Part shown: positions 35,001 through 47,495 of the stretch, in pieces | Layout: every line of letters begins with the position of its first letter | How positions within the stretch are numbered: the stretch's first letter is position 1 | DNA from: Antedon mediterranea | Lineage: Eukaryota > Animalia > Echinodermata | DNA length: 64,000 nt | Direction of reading: 5' to 3' | Assembly: GCF_964355755.1 (NCBI RefSeq) | Contig: NC_092671.1 | Coordinates: 4,774,001 to 4,838,000, forward strand | Notes under the pieces: generated by a model | Databases searched by the model: none | The model's input: only the letters and a program-made list of their open reading frames with translations | Told to the model about the DNA's origin: nothing | Made by a program: the position numbers and the translations under genes

Positions 35001-36283
35001 ACTGTTGGAACTAACAAGCCAACTAAAATTTGTCACAAAAAGAGATTTGGAAGATAAAAATGTTGCTATATAATAATGCTAAGTTCGCCTAGCTTAAGGC
35101 TATCTAGTCACTACAGACATGTTGCCTAGTGGAAAACAGGCTTAAGGCTATCCAGTAACTTTTTTACCGCTTTATTTATCAGGTTACTTCTAATCAGAGT
35201 AAAAGAATACATGATGATGCAAGGAATTCTAGACATGAAGATAGGCACAGAAGAAACAGCCCTGACAGAAGACCAGGTAGTCATTATAGAGATAGGGACA
35301 GTCACCGACATCGCTCACCAATAAGACGACATAGGTCACGATCACCTGTGAAGTCACGTGACAGGCAAAGGTCGAGGAGTAGGTCACCAAGAAATAGGTC
35401 ATCTGGATCATCAAAGTAAGTTTGAATGTCTTAATCTCATAAATATACCAACGTTTATATGCCCTTTTGGCCCGTGCACCATAAAAGCCCTTCAGCCCCT
35501 GGACGCTCACGTTGTTGGTTGGTTTTAGAATGAACAAAATATATGAAATGAAATATGAACAATGTTATTTTATTAATTTAGAAAAATGGATGCAAAAGAG
35601 TTAGAAAGAAGAAGAGCAGAAATGATGGATAATGCAAAATCTAGAGATGTAGACAGAAAGAATAGAGTTCAACAATACAGAGTGAGTCAATTTATTTTAT
35701 ATATATATAAAAGGACCATTATAAATAAAGCAGTTTTATATTAATTTTCTAATGTTTATCCTAAAATTCAGTGCAGGGTGAGAAAACGTCGGATCAGCCT
35801 ATGAAATGTGCCCTTAATAGTAGTGTTCTCTGTATATGGGTTGCCTGTAGTGCAAGATATATTTTCCTTTATTTGTTTAATAGGGGTGTCTCAAAGACGG
35901 GGTATTTTATAAATGTAGTGATTGTTTTATAGTAATAATATTTATTTTAGGATGAAGATAGGAGTGAAAGAGAGGCAGAAAGAAATAAGTCAAGTAAAGC
36001 AGGGTTTATTGAGTGAGTTAACACAATTATATATTATATAAAATTTCTGAATTTTAAGGAACATCGTTTTAGGTTAAAATTCAGAAAATGATGTCGATTT
36101 GAAAACGTATTTGTTATGGCTTTTAGTTTTGCAAATATAATGTTTTTTAAATCGATCATTTATGATATTTTTTGCAGACCAATGAAGTTATCAGCGAGTA
36201 GTGTTGAAGATCGAATCAAGAGAAACATTTACAACATACAACGGACAAGTGTTGCACTCGACAAGAACTTTGCTAAACGTTAG
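26033..36283 (+). CDS. CWC25: Pre-mRNA splicing factor CWC25 homolog, 9 coding exons, atypical N-terminus
   Basis: Exons 26033-26268, 26668-26791, 33846-33952, 34501-34570, 34693-34815, 35183-35415, 35582-35681, 35951-36012 and 36178-36283 join in phase. Motifs KLQWMY, EDYLLGK, DMANKLREDPLFMIK, LLNNPVRMK, GYGL, RS-rich region, SSVEDRIKRNIYNIQRTSVALDKNFAKR. Confidence 0.9.
28142..29540 (-). CDS. Reverse transcriptase and RNase H part of the polyprotein, downstream of integrase, offset by a +1 frameshift
   Basis: LDLTKGFYQV, LPFGM, YIDDI, TDASNYGIGAVL, NADGLSR. The frame stays open back to GAT GTT AAC (DVN) near 29540. Confidence 0.92.
29532..32735 (-). CDS. Gag (SCAN-like capsid, CCHC), protease and integrase part of the polyprotein
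   Basis: CFNCKEKGHKIGDC; LRDSGC protease site; HNVPFAGH...CKVC zinc finger; IAIDIVGP, HDQGTNF, NGLVERF DDE core; WQGPF. Confidence 0.92.
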   Translation of the reverse strand: MTTLRSGKNIDKTMSEKNTREDMVDQEVMVDQVNEIYDKMARDIDLPEIPGGMPKDMMLEYFRMKFEAENKKLEYQQDIELRKIESQERVKMMELENRSSYSNARNIVDEMKVKVPTLKESDDIDIYFRTFEHLAEATGWDKNTWSARLAPELSGKARTAYASLTVKECVDYDTLKKAILEKYDVSAETHRFKFRNSNRVKDMSIREWLNELSHYLKCWMKCANVKEDDAAGIIEMIIMEQALDKMPENLRLYLRDKQVNKSNDMAMIADDYIANRGGRGYWNAVNSENKPTYYKGQENSKPKNSTTQNNPGARQQGYNRYRGRGGKFHNYGRNFQQREPSNEWINGLCFNCKEKGHKIGDCPKMVAKGKTSDTKKGPNVKDGLRCEEIKSDRPQVVIDSVENKMEKCTIPGKLEGQDITMLRDSGCTQSAVKESLVPNKCYLPGKWVTLRGIGGDITVPLAEVAIESKIVTGKVIVAVIEGLQRDMLLGHDLDQNCGETMAKEMFVLTREQARIENDVRIQHEMILLGKDSNFKPIEEPPKETNVQLLKTVVNDNKVNKTKCLDDMNGTEMNNLFDENEDKAKDKTVKHKTYEQQHKLNLTKQELIKLQTKDDSLKGVFDRVVPIEEIGQHRVCFFMRQGILMRNWSSIKDKNNQVEQIVLPTQCRQGVLHLGHNVPFAGHMGVEKTKSRVLNQFYWPGIFKDVVVYCKVCKECQKVDKGKSKRKHTLIPLPIISTPFKRIAIDIVGPLSRTSRNNKYMLTIIDYATRYPDAIPLPNVRAETVARALIEVFTRVGLPEEIVHDQGTNFMSSIMQSICSMLGINQLKTTVYHPQSNGLVERFHGTLKNMIRTLTVKQRKNWDNYIPPFLFAYREVPSKATGHSPFKLLYGREVRGPLSLLKSNWVEDEETSTDVIKYMLDIREKMEVLMKDANVNKLEQQEIMSHNYNKNAIDREFVEGDKVLIFLPVGNSKLDSKWQGPFTVTKKVNDVNYEIYIGGRRKEKQILHVNMLKRWYDKVEISKDGYYVVTNVQSIEEVDLNETVHDNELDSEIDIGLSYHQSQTWERC

Positions 36284-37824
36284 CATACAAGAATGTCTGA
36301 AATTGGAGCAAAATTTGCGAGACAAGAATGAGATTTACAGTGTATAGTTCATTGAGGTTTACAAGATGTTGCAAAACCGAACAATTATAGCTATCATGAA
36401 AATTATTAAATTAAATTATTAAGCTATAAGTTAATAATTTCTTATTTTGTATCTGAAATTTTAATAAAATATTCATGTAAAATTGAGTTTGTTGATGTAT
36501 TTTATAAAAGTAATTTGTCTGCCAAGCATGTACCTAATTTCTACATAAGCAAATCTGTGCTGTCTCAATGCAAGAGAAATATACACAGAGAAATGGAGAT
36601 CATATTTCAGGAGTACAGCTGCAAGAAACCGAGATTATATGTATGAAACGCCACATGTGCCAACATATTCATCTTTTTACTAATAGTAATTTAAAACTCT
36701 GTCTAGAACCTAGACTAAGTACACAATAGGTTACAAGGTGCATACATGTCAGTAACTATAAGACGATTGTTTTTCTCCAATTTAGACATCTTACAACTGA
36801 TCATCGTGAGGAGCATTTATATCAACTGTCTGTACCCTAGAATAGATTTTAAGTTGGACACTCCTGAAAAAACGTTGATTAGCATATATGACGATCAACA
36901 ACACAACACTATATTATAAGCCAACTTTTCACTAGGTGAATTTGTTCATGTAAAACATTTCGCAGAGAAAATAATAAAATTTGTGTAGAACATCTATCTT
37001 CCATGCAGAAGAATTGTAAAAGATCTGTTGTGTTTAGATTAGATTTTAGATTAAAGGAAACATTTTATTATTATCTTTCATTTTCTGCTTATGGTATACA
37101 AAGTAATCTAATTCTTTTTTGTCAAATATTATTCTGTACATTGATTTAACCGCCATATCTATAACAGCACATTTGTAGATGCTGTCCACATATTGGGTAG
37201 CAACAAACATTGTTTGATCGCAGTAATTCAATTACCAGTAACTTTTTACACCATTGTCAAACAATTTTAAATAATTTCACTCACATATTGTGTTAATCAC
37301 TACATAAAACATAAAAATTTAAACTAATTAATAAATACATATTCATCTTTCAATAAGATAAAGATCATTTCAATCCAAATAATTATTGGAAATTTAATCT
37401 AATTAAATAAATTGTCTAGATTATGATAAGAAATGAGGAAATTATTGAAAAACAAATACATCACCAATTTGGGTTATATAAAAAATATAAACGAACAATG
37501 AATGTGAACAGAAATAGTAAAAATGTCTATATATAGTAATTTTTCCCACTAAACTACAACATTTTGCTGCCTAAAGTTTCAATTGAACAACATTTTAAAT
37601 GCATTGAAGTTTATTATCAGTTGTCAGATATATGAGAAGCTACAAACATGATATAATCATGAGCGTATACTATGGTACCTTAACAAAATTCATTTTAATG
37701 AAATAACGCTCCATATTCCTATATTTGACACATTTTTCTCCTGTACCCATCACCCATTAGATTACTTTAGAGTAAGAATAATAGTGTCATGTAATATGAA
37801 TTCATATTCACAAATTTATCTCTC

Positions 37825-38064
37825 AAGCCTGTTTTCTACCAGATGAATTTATTCGCAAATCAAAGGAGTCAGTATATAAGCATTTGTATTCATATTTCCA
37901 ACGTCCAAATCACTTTCTGCGACAATGTTTACTTTAGCAAACAGTTTCTATTGTTTTGGAAAGAGGAAAATTGCGCAACCAATATTGGAAAATAATAAGG
38001 GTGGCACAAATTGTTTCATTCGATTCGCACGAATAAATTTAGCTAGTAGTGGGAAAACAGGCTT
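37825..38064. mobile_element. Harbinger-like MITE
   Basis: AAGCCTGTTTTC...GAATTTATTCG mirrored by CGAATAAATT...GAAAACAGGCTT; fragments also near 35125 and 36920. Confidence 0.55.
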
Positions 38065-38374
38065 TACACTTTATTCAACCATGTAGCTATAATACCGCCA
38101 ACTATTACTGTAGATTCAATCTGAAATATTTTTGTTTTATACCACATTTATTGTATGCCATTTTGTAATGTCATATTCAAACGGAAGGGGCGGGGGGAGA
38201 TATACTAAGATTAAGTTGATTTGGGATAATACTGCAACCATAGAAGTAGATTGAAGACAAATGCATTTATTTAACGTAATCAATCACATGATTATCAAAA
38301 TATTCAAGTTTTTATAATATTGAAATTCTTTGCTAGTATTTGTCTCAAAAATGTCGAAAAAAAGTTTTAAAATT

Positions 38375-41300
38375 CTAGGAGCTCTCAGTTTGAGCTATTA
38401 ATGGTAGAGCTGCAGGGGCAGCCATCGTGCCTCCACCAGCGATAGCTGTTGGCAGCGAAACTGGTGGGGGAGGTATTGTTATGCCAGCTGGTAGTTGTGG
38501 TACTGTGATAGACGAAGGGAAACTGATGGGAGCCGGTGCTGTTGAGCCTACTTGGGGTGGGGGAAGTGATGAAAGCGATATAGGAGGGAGTGATACGTTT
38601 ACGTTCGGTAAGCCTGGTATGTTTGATAAGCTAACTGGAGGCAGTACACCTGAAACTAAAGAACAATAAAATAATATTATTATTCCAGGTTATAGTTAAA
38701 GCATTATTATATAACCAAGCAAAATCTTTGATCTTATACTGTACCCTTTTCACAATTAATAACTAATTAGAGTATGTTTACTATAAATAACTAAAAGAAA
38801 AACGCTTAAAAGTGAACGACGTTTCGACTCAATTATAGAGTCGCTTAGTTAAAGATACTGTATTACAATTCAGATACAAAAATAATCATGGGTTAAAGTT
38901 CAAATTAACAATAGCTCAATTATATTAGCTAAAAGGTACCACATTGGTTTTCAGATACAATGAACGGTTGTATTTGTCTAATGACGTACAGTACAACATA
39001 CCACAAACAAGCAATCAAATTTGTTTTTACATTTCTTGAGAGTTCTACTTCTAAATAATGGTCCTTTAAGTGCTGTGCTAGCATTCTTCCACAACAATGT
39101 GTTGGTAGAGGCTTCAGCATAAGAAATATATGCCCTTTGTGATAATTGGCATATTGTTAATTCAAACTTTTAACCTTAATTTGTGTTAATAATAATAGCA
39201 ATATTATCTGGTGGAATGAATAATGAGGATGGTGTAAAACATCCTTTCCTTTTAAAGCATTATTTTTCTTTTAGTTAAAAACTTGAAATTTAAAATTTTA
39301 CAAGTGGTATTCATTTTTTCTTCTGGATATTTTATTGTTTTTACACAGTTTTATTAGGAACTGTTAGGTATAGTTAGGTAGGTACACTATGATGCGCTAT
39401 ATTCTGTATTGTACAGTACTCTATTGTGATTGGTTCTAACCATAAGAAGAAAAAATACTTCTCACTGAAAATAAAGTTTGGGGAAAAAAGCTTATTTTAT
39501 ACTTATAAATGCATATCAAAGTTTTTAAATTCCTTACATGATTTCTCCCTTTTGACAAAATCGTTTTCACACTACACAAACCTGGTTAAAACTTGTCACA
39601 TGTTTGCTATTTGGAAAATATGTGGATCATGTGAAAGGGGGTTTATGGAAGCTAATAAATAGGTGATAATACAAAATAAGCCACTCATCTGAAAGTGTAC
39701 TGCACTATGTGAACATTTTACTCACCAGGCATCTGTTGAGGCGTCGTAGTAGGCGTGTACACAACACTCCCACTGTATGCAGCCTGAGAGGGTGTAACCG
39801 GTACAGTTGGTTGTCCTGTTGGTAGTGCTGGGTTAATGGCGGGTGTAGACATCTGGGTGCCTACACTGGTGACGGGGGCATTTGCAGGAGTGCCTGGGGT
39901 AATATTCAAGGTAGACATGTCTTTTTCTACACCACTTATATTTGGAGTGGATGCAAGTGATACCTGTAAATGTAAAATTTCATTGAATAAAATATTAAAT
40001 TATTAATACAACATTTATGACACTATAATAATAATAATAATTTATTTATATATTTATAAAGTTCCTACTGTTGTGAAACCTAAAACTATTTAAACTAACT
40101 ATTTAAATCGGATCTTAAAAATGTATTTATGTAATATTATATTCAATATTATCCTAAATCACCAAAACGTAGTATAGGAAGGCGCTATATACTACATTAT
40201 AATGCGATGCCCAGTAAATATTCACCACTCTGAAAATAACGTAAGATGACCTGTGATGAACTTACCTCTGAGAAGCCATCGGGTGGTGAAGCCGTAGGGG
40301 TGTTGTGCGGGACTTGCGTCTGAGCAGGAGACTGATGAAGGTGCTCGGAGAAGTCAAGAGACTGGCCTTCAGGAAAGCGACGTGTTGGTATTCTATGTAG
40401 GTAGCCATAACCTATACCACAGCCCAGACTAATATAAATGCATAACCATAATTAATGAAAAAAACATGTCATAGCTAAAATTCATGCATACAAATTACTT
40501 GATGATGATAATGATGAAAATCTGAACACACATCTACAAGCTGTGGTTCTGTGAAATGCATCATTGCAATTAAAAAACATTAAAGTAACATATATTTAAT
40601 GCATAATAATTTACATGCAATAATAATGAAGGACTATCTAAACATGAATACTGTATCTAAATATCTACAGTTGTATGCAAGTCAATTTTGGACGCAGAGT
40701 ACTGTACCACAATTATAGATGGCGCATAGGTCGATTGTCGAGCATGATCAGTCAACAACCTAGCCTGCCATGTGTTACACATACCAAAATGCTGAACCGC
40801 AAATTGCATATTTTGAATGAACGCATTGTTTAAGTGTTGACAACACATTGAAAATGCGTTGTCTGTTGAGTTTGTTGAACTGTATATTCAACCATAAAAT
40901 GTTTTGCATTGAAATAAAACTAGAATGAATGTGCATAACAAAATCACACTTGCATATAACAAAAATGCATTAAAAAAACCATCAATCAAATGACAAGAAT
41001 CTACTCCAGATGTGTTACAGTATATAAAGTTCAATATTTTGCTAAAAGTTTATGATGGAGATACAGTATATATATAAAAAAAATACATTTTATTGCATTA
41101 CCTTCCTTCTCCTTGCCAATTTGCATTTGGTGTGATCGTAACTTCTCTGCAGCCATCCGTTTCGGAATTGTACAAATACAGCTTTAGAGGGCGCCCTTCA
41201 TGGCTTTCAATTAAAGAAAACAAATCCTCCGACTAAAAATTAATAACAAAAATATATTTCAGTTAATATTAAATTAAATATAATCATCAAATGACTAATA

Positions 41301-43255
41301 ACATATCCAAATTTTTAATTATATCACTTGACAGAAAATAATTATCAATATACACATGTCAAAACATTGAAGTATATCATTTTGGGGTGTTCTCAATAGG
41401 TTGGTCATACAGCAGCGTTAAAACACATGTTGCCATTGGTTCGTTTCACAGGAAAGTGTTTCCTGAATAGGGGTGTCCCAAAGGAGTGGTCCTACTCTTA
41501 TGTTTTGATACTACAGTACATTCAATTTGATTCAGGGGTAAGCCCCATCATTAAGGGTTACTCACCTCATGCAAAATTGAATCTGCACCTATTATGTAAT
41601 CTGTATTGGATCTAAAGCCTGCCAATGATGCTGGCGAATTTGGCTGCACATCCTGCAAAGAAAAACAAGATTAGGGCTAGCATCTAACTGGCCTGATAGA
41701 GGCCTCACATGTGATACATCATGTAACCTGTATTACAAATATACAAGAATAGGTTGTCGTTCTATAGCAGACTAATCATTATTGGCTGGCAGCCAATTTA
41801 ATTAATCACAAGCGCTTTTCCCTTTTCAATCGCTTAACCCTCTCCAAATAAATCTATTCTAGATACAGTGTATTTAAGTACTCTTGTTCGGAGACTCGTG
41901 TCTGTCTAACTTACAAGTACGTGCCAAACATTTTCATTGGCACCTTCAAAAGAACAGAATCGAATGCTGACACCAAGGAGACCCTGTCCGCCCCATCTTG
42001 CACCCCAGCGGGTGCTAGGGGTCAGTGTTACTTCCCGCACTTTCAACGACTTGCTGCTATAAACAAGCATCTTCAGAGGGCGCTCTTCATGGTCTTTTAG
42101 GATTTTTTTCAAGGTATCATCATCTTTATCCTGTTAAAAGATCAAAACAGATTTAATAAAAATTGAAAAATTAGATGAGAAGTACTAGGATTTACTGTAG
42201 TATGCCAGAATTATTCCGGTATGTAATAAAGGTATCCGTTTTATTTACTACACAGGTGGGTTATGCACTTGTCAATTGTATGACCCACTATACGACCCCC
42301 GGGAGAGGTGCGTCATGGGTGCGTCATTTACAAATAATTACTGTCGCAGGGGTGCGTCAAAAAACCTAGATGGTACGTCACATCAATGAACAAGGTGTGT
42401 CAATGTCCGTCACTTTACCACCCATCATATCATAAACAACATGGTCACAGTGCGTCAAAATGGGTGCGTCATGGTCACCTAAAGGTAAGTCACATTTTTG
42501 ACGCACCGGTGCGTCATGGTATTCAAAGGTATGACGCACATCGGACAAATGACACACCTCTCCCGGGGGTCGTATAGTGGGTCATATAATTGACAAGTGC
42601 ATTAGGGTCAGTGTATTCTGCATTATCAACAATGGTTTTTGTTGTAGATCAAATACAGGGTTTGTATGGTGCAGTATGTAGGTATACATAATTCATCAAA
42701 ATAAATTACTCCAATAACGATTATCTATTAATTATACAAAAGTAATTAAAACTCACAAGTCTTGAGTTTCCGATGGCAATGATGAAATCGAAAAAAGCCT
42801 CCAGACCAGCTTTATGTCCTGGGGAGTTTTCCTGAACCTAAAAAAAAACTTAACTTGTAATTTATATGTAGAAGTAGGCCTATTAGGCCTAGTATTATTA
42901 TAGGCCAGGCCAGGCCAGCCAGGGAGGTTAGACTCAGTCAGTCACTCTAGTGTCTCAGCAGAGCAGGCCAGTACTAATTGTTGGAATGCCTTATTATTAT
43001 CCTTTCCACCAGGCTGGACCAGCACCAGGACTGGGCTTATTTATTTAAATTAAAAATACAAATCAATACAATGTCAATAGAATAGCCTAGCTAGGCCTAC
43101 TCTGTAGGCTAGGCCTAGCCTAGTTAGGCTAGGCTAGGCCAATCGAATCGGGGCTTGTGGATTATTTGTTTTATTTATAATAAAAGGCCTACCCGTAAAA
43201 CATGATATCCTTCGGTTCCACCACCAGGTACTTCTGCACTAGCTGTTCCACCCAT
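38375..43255 (-). CDS. GORASP2: Golgi reassembly-stacking protein (GRASP55/65 family), 8 coding exons
   Basis: Exons 43255-43193, 42837-42757, 42130-41915, 41652-41566, 41232-41102, 40428-40266, 39963-39726 and 38649-38375 join in phase. [83 protein letters not shown], Pro/Ser-rich tail. Confidence 0.95.
42264..42601. mobile_element. MITE with ~55-bp TIRs and TTA TSD (PIF/Harbinger-like) in a GORASP intron
   Basis: TGCACTTGTCAATTGTATGACCCACTATACGACCCC... mirrored at the right end; TTA on both sides; internal GTGCGTCA motifs. Confidence 0.85.
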
Positions 43256-44053
43256 AATACTTAAGTTCAATTAGTTCATCGGGTAAACAAACAATAAATG
43301 TTAAATTATCATTTGCAGCTAACCAGCAAACGACTCGCTAGCGTCCACACAACCAACAGCGGTATATGTAAAGAAGTACGAACCGACTCACAACTCACTC
43401 AGCCAAAATCGCACCTGCCGCTGCTTCTTCGCCGTTATTAAAACTTTGTGATTGAACGTGGCACAGGGCAAGGAATTATGGGATATGTGCCGGTTAGATT
43501 CTATTTCGATATGCATGGATGATCACAAAAAGTGGGAGAAAGATGAATGCAAACTCTTCTTTTGCAACTTTTGAATATATAATATAATCCTTTTTGCAGG
43601 ATCGTTTGATGCAGTAAAAACACTTGCTGCTAGTAGGCATACTTTTTGTCTTATTAAATATTATGTAAGTTCTCCTACTTTTAGTTTTACTTCTTCATCT
43701 TTTATTTTAGAATATTGTTGTTTTTTGTGTTGTTGTAGTACATAGTGCTTATCTGTGTTGGTGCAATTTGTCTGTGTATTTTTTTACTCGGGGTACCCGA
43801 GTCTAGTACTTACTCATTTTCTCCTTCTCTTCCTCCATCTGGACACTATTGAGTAAAAAGTGCGATTTTTAAAGTACTACTCCTCCCTTATTCGTTATAG
43901 TATTGAGCTGGGATTTGGCATGAACATACAACAGGGACATGTCCTCAAAGCTATAGAGCCGGATTTTTAATTTTTTGTTAATTAATTTGTTTAATTAAGA
44001 AGCCACAATGTGTGACACACACTACAGCGTTATGTAGTTATATGGTTATATGC

Positions 44054-44126
44054 GGATTCTTGGCGTAGTGGTTATCACGTTTGCTTAACACGCAGAAGGT
44101 ACCTGGTTCGAGCCCGGACGAAAATT
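44054..44126 (+). pseudogene. tRNA-Val(AAC)-like pseudogene
   Basis: TGGCGTAGTGGTTATCACG, anticodon loop TTAACAC, GGTTCGAGCC B-box and a T-run after it; acceptor stem poorly paired. Confidence 0.75.
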
Positions 44127-44335
44127 TTTTTTAACTTTATGGTGAAAAGTACTGTATACGCAATATGATAATTATACAGAGTATATCTTATTTTTATTAT
44201 TTTTTAAAATACTTATTTTGTGTAATCGGTAATTATCACTTTTACACATGTTTATTTTGCTTTGTGCTTATTACCATTTATTTGTAATTTAAATGGATTA
44301 AAAAACTTTCTGTAACCCACATTTTTAATGTAAGA

Positions 44336-44407
44336 GGTTTCGTAGTGTAGTGGTTGTCAAGTCTGCTTAACACGCAGAAGGTCCCGGTTCGAGCCCTGGC
44401 GAAACCT
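44336..44407 (+). tRNA. tRNA-Val(AAC)-like sequence, probably a pseudogene
   Basis: Perfect acceptor stem GGTTTCG/CGAAACC and anticodon arm TCTGC-TTAACAC-GCAGA, but D-arm substitutions, a 1-nt deletion and a T-stem mismatch. Confidence 0.65.
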
Positions 44408-44601
44408 ATTTTCTTTACTTTCTAACTGTATACGTCTGTATACAGCTTCTTTCGCTGTACCCCGAGTATTGCACATTCGTGCTTGTTATTTTTATATAGG
44501 CCGATTATGATATGCCAATTTCTGGACAAATAAAGATACTATGACTATGAGATACAATACATTGCACGTAATAAATGCTAGCTATACAAATTGAACTGAC
44601 A

Positions 44602-44715
44602 TTTTTAGTCGCTCGCGTGCAACGCGACTCTACGGTTCACTATGTCGGTCGGGCGGTCGGTCGGTAAACACTAACTTGAGCACGCGACTGCAGCCATGTA
44701 TATGGCCTTGTTTTT
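44602..44715 (+). mobile_element. Short HINE/DINE-like element (same family as 11352)
   Basis: TTTTTAGTCGC...CGCGTGCAACGCGACT, (GGTC)n, CACGCGACT, hairpin GCCATGTATATGGC, TTGTTTT. Confidence 0.7.
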
Positions 44716-45899
44716 CTTCTCTCTTTTTCCATACCCGTGAACGAACATATTTTCTATTGTTAAACATTGTTTTATAAGCTATAGTAGGCCTACATTCATT
44801 TTATAACCATTAGGCCTAACATTGTTTGTATACATTTTATACCTACTACCTAATTTGTTTAATCATATTATTGACATTGTTTTTTTAATCATTTGTTTTC
44901 TAAATATCAATGTTATAAACATACATTTTGTACCGTGCCAAATTGCCAATGTAAACATTTTTGCTCATTTTCAACATCATTACAAATTTCACATTAATAA
45001 CTATCGGACATTTTCCATTTTTTGTTTATTTTCATGTGGCAAAGCCACCTTTATTCACCACTTAAATAAATGATAATACAAAGTAATAAATAACAAACAT
45101 GGTTACATTTAAAAATTCTGACAACAGAGGATGGATGCCATCTTATAAATACTATATGTTTTCTGCAACTTTAACTGCCGGAATGTATTTTCCATATATA
45201 TAATATTTCCATAATTAATAGCCTACACTTGTTGGTAAAATTTATGTACAATTTGGAATTTTAAAAGGGCACCTTTTTTATATGTAAAATATACACAACT
45301 TTGTTTTTCCAACATTGATTCCAATTAATTAAGCTATTGTAAAATTTGTTTTTTCCCATTTATATTGTACATTTTGTCAGTAAATGCGGAATTAAATTAT
45401 TTGACTTTTATATTATTTTGTAGGCCAAACTTTACATTTTGTTCTATAGTACCTACATTATTGTTGTGTATATAAAACAATTGGGTTTCTCAACCACTTT
45501 CCAGCTTCTTGGAATAGCGTCAATTAATGAAAAATATTAGAAATGCGTTCCAACAGTTGAGTTATTTCATTTGTGTGCTTAAATCTAGATAATATTCCCT
45601 CTGTCTTAATTCTTGTGGATTCAACCAAGATTTACAAAATAATGTTTTTTTGTAGGATCGATAATAATTAGTATTTAGTGCAGGATTGTTGATACAGAAA
45701 CAGGACCAGTATTTAGTAGTACCGGTACTTAATGTAGGATCGCTACTATAGTGTCGCTATTAAGTGCAGGATTATTTGACGTAGAAACAGTACTTGCTGG
45801 ACCAGTAGGCGTACCTAATGTAGGAGTTCCTGTACTTAATGTATGATCGATTGATTCAGAAACAGTAGGCCTGTTTACTGCGCTACTACGTGTATCCAT

Positions 45900-46753
45900 T
45901 AACTTTGGTGATAAAGTAGACATATCCGGTACCTCACTTGAAGTTGCAGTGCTAAGATTTGGACATGGTAATTCATCCGATTACTTGCCGTATTATTTAG
46001 TCTCTTAGATTTTTCAACTGGTTCCCGTAATTTCCAAAATATGGCTCCATGCATCCAGATCATCATCAATATTACAATCAAAGTCAACAAACAATTATCA
46101 ACAATATCCAAAATGTCCAACAGATCACAGACACAATCGTCATACAAACAATTTACACAATCGTAATATTAACAATTCCGTTTGTCATATTTGGCCAGGG
46201 AAAATCAAGCTCCTCTTTAGTACCGGACCACAGAACACGCGCCTGATAGGCTAAAAATTAATTACCAACCATATGACACAACATATCTTTATTGTACGCT
46301 TTGTGGACATATATGCGATATTTTATTCCGGGTTTTGTGATGGCCAAATACCGTTCTACAGAAGTTACGGTTGTGAAAGTTGACGATAACTGATATACGT
46401 AGCGTAGGTTGCAAATGAATGGAATTTGCAGAACCCAATCGAAAACATTGAATTGTCAGATCAAAACTATGGTGAAATGGACTTTCAACAACAGTAAGCA
46501 ACAGAGTTGGAGCTATCATCAAAAATAGCGCGTCGGATATAGCAAGGTTCGCTAAGTAGATATTCAAGGAATTACGAAGGTACTTGCCACACCATACGTG
46601 CACAGTCGTTATATTGCCAACTATGCCAGTAAGTACAACCAGTGGTACAAATATATATATTATATTTATATAGATCAATATCGCTATATAAATATAGTTC
46701 ATCTCTTCTTCCCATTCTACAGATTCTGTTTCGTTCTTTTCCATGACTGCCAT
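45900..46753 (-). pseudogene. Decayed GPCR of the same family as the downstream cluster
   Basis: GIVGN, NSLNIYLANLAISDALFL, ESPFHH and FPWPNMTNG remain recognisable, with several frameshifts and stops; TM6-7 not recognisable. 3' boundary approximate. Confidence 0.85.
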
Positions 46754-47344
46754 CTTCGCCTTCATAAAACAACAAACATAAAAATGTATTATGTTGTTAA
46801 ATAGCTGCAAAGATCTTCTGTTCAAAATTAGTTATGTTTAATATTTGAAATATGCTTTTTAAAATGACTTCAGTAAGTTGATACGTTGTTGATTAATGTA
46901 GAGATTAATTTGTTCTTGAGCTATCGAGAATTTTGTACTCTGTATTATTTTTTCCGATGTTGTAGTCATGCCTGCCGGTTGCCAGTTCTCGGGCCAAACA
47001 TAGAACTATGATGTACTGTTTTAGAATAACATGCAATTATACTCGACTATAATTTTATACTAAAACTAATGTATGAGGGTTGCGGTTAATGTATTTACAT
47101 AAAGGAAACATGTATTTAATTTTTTTTAATATCAAATTGAATGAATGCTAGAAAGCGTGTTAATATTATCGACAAGTAAATGGATTTTACACATTAACAA
47201 CCTAATTAATTAGGATAACTGGTTTAAGTATATTAAACTTCAACAAATGCGATCTAAGAAGTTTAATGGATAAAACGCTTTGAAGAGCGGATAAAACACT
47301 CCATGGTCAATTTAAATGTGTGATGTAAAACGATGAAAATGAAA

Positions 47345-47495
47345 TCCAATTTACACAGACGAGCGGTAAAGGTAGCGGTAAACGGTAATAAGCCAATACA
47401 GAGTCTAACGCAGAAAAGTTCAGGATATAGATACAGATATGTGGGACAATCACGCGATTTCTACCGTTACCACTCGTCTGTGTAAATTAGCCATA
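47345..47495. mobile_element. Internally deleted copy of MITE family B
   Basis: CCAATTTACACAGACGAGCGGTAA...TTACCACTCGTCTGTGTAAATT matches the TIRs at 27056 and 33806. Confidence 0.75.

Larger units (their letters stand above)
43780..44488 (+). mobile_element. HINE/Helentron-type non-autonomous element carrying two tRNA-Val-like sequences
   Basis: T-run, then subTIR TACTCGGGGTAC (43785-43796) with an adjacent partial IR; 3' subTIR GTACCCCGAGTA (44457-44468); hairpin GCAC-ATTC-GTGC then TTGTT. Confidence 0.7.

Noticed and set aside
38815-38850. Second hammerhead-like motif on the minus strand (GACTC...GAGTC-GAAACGTC-GTT)
   Set aside because: Stem II and GAAAC are present but the CTGANGA core is lost; at most a dead remnant.
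45729-45923. Ser/Thr/Pro-rich 64-aa ORF after the GPCR pseudogene
   Set aside because: May be the remnant C-tail of the pseudogene or a degenerate minisatellite; no support as a separate gene.
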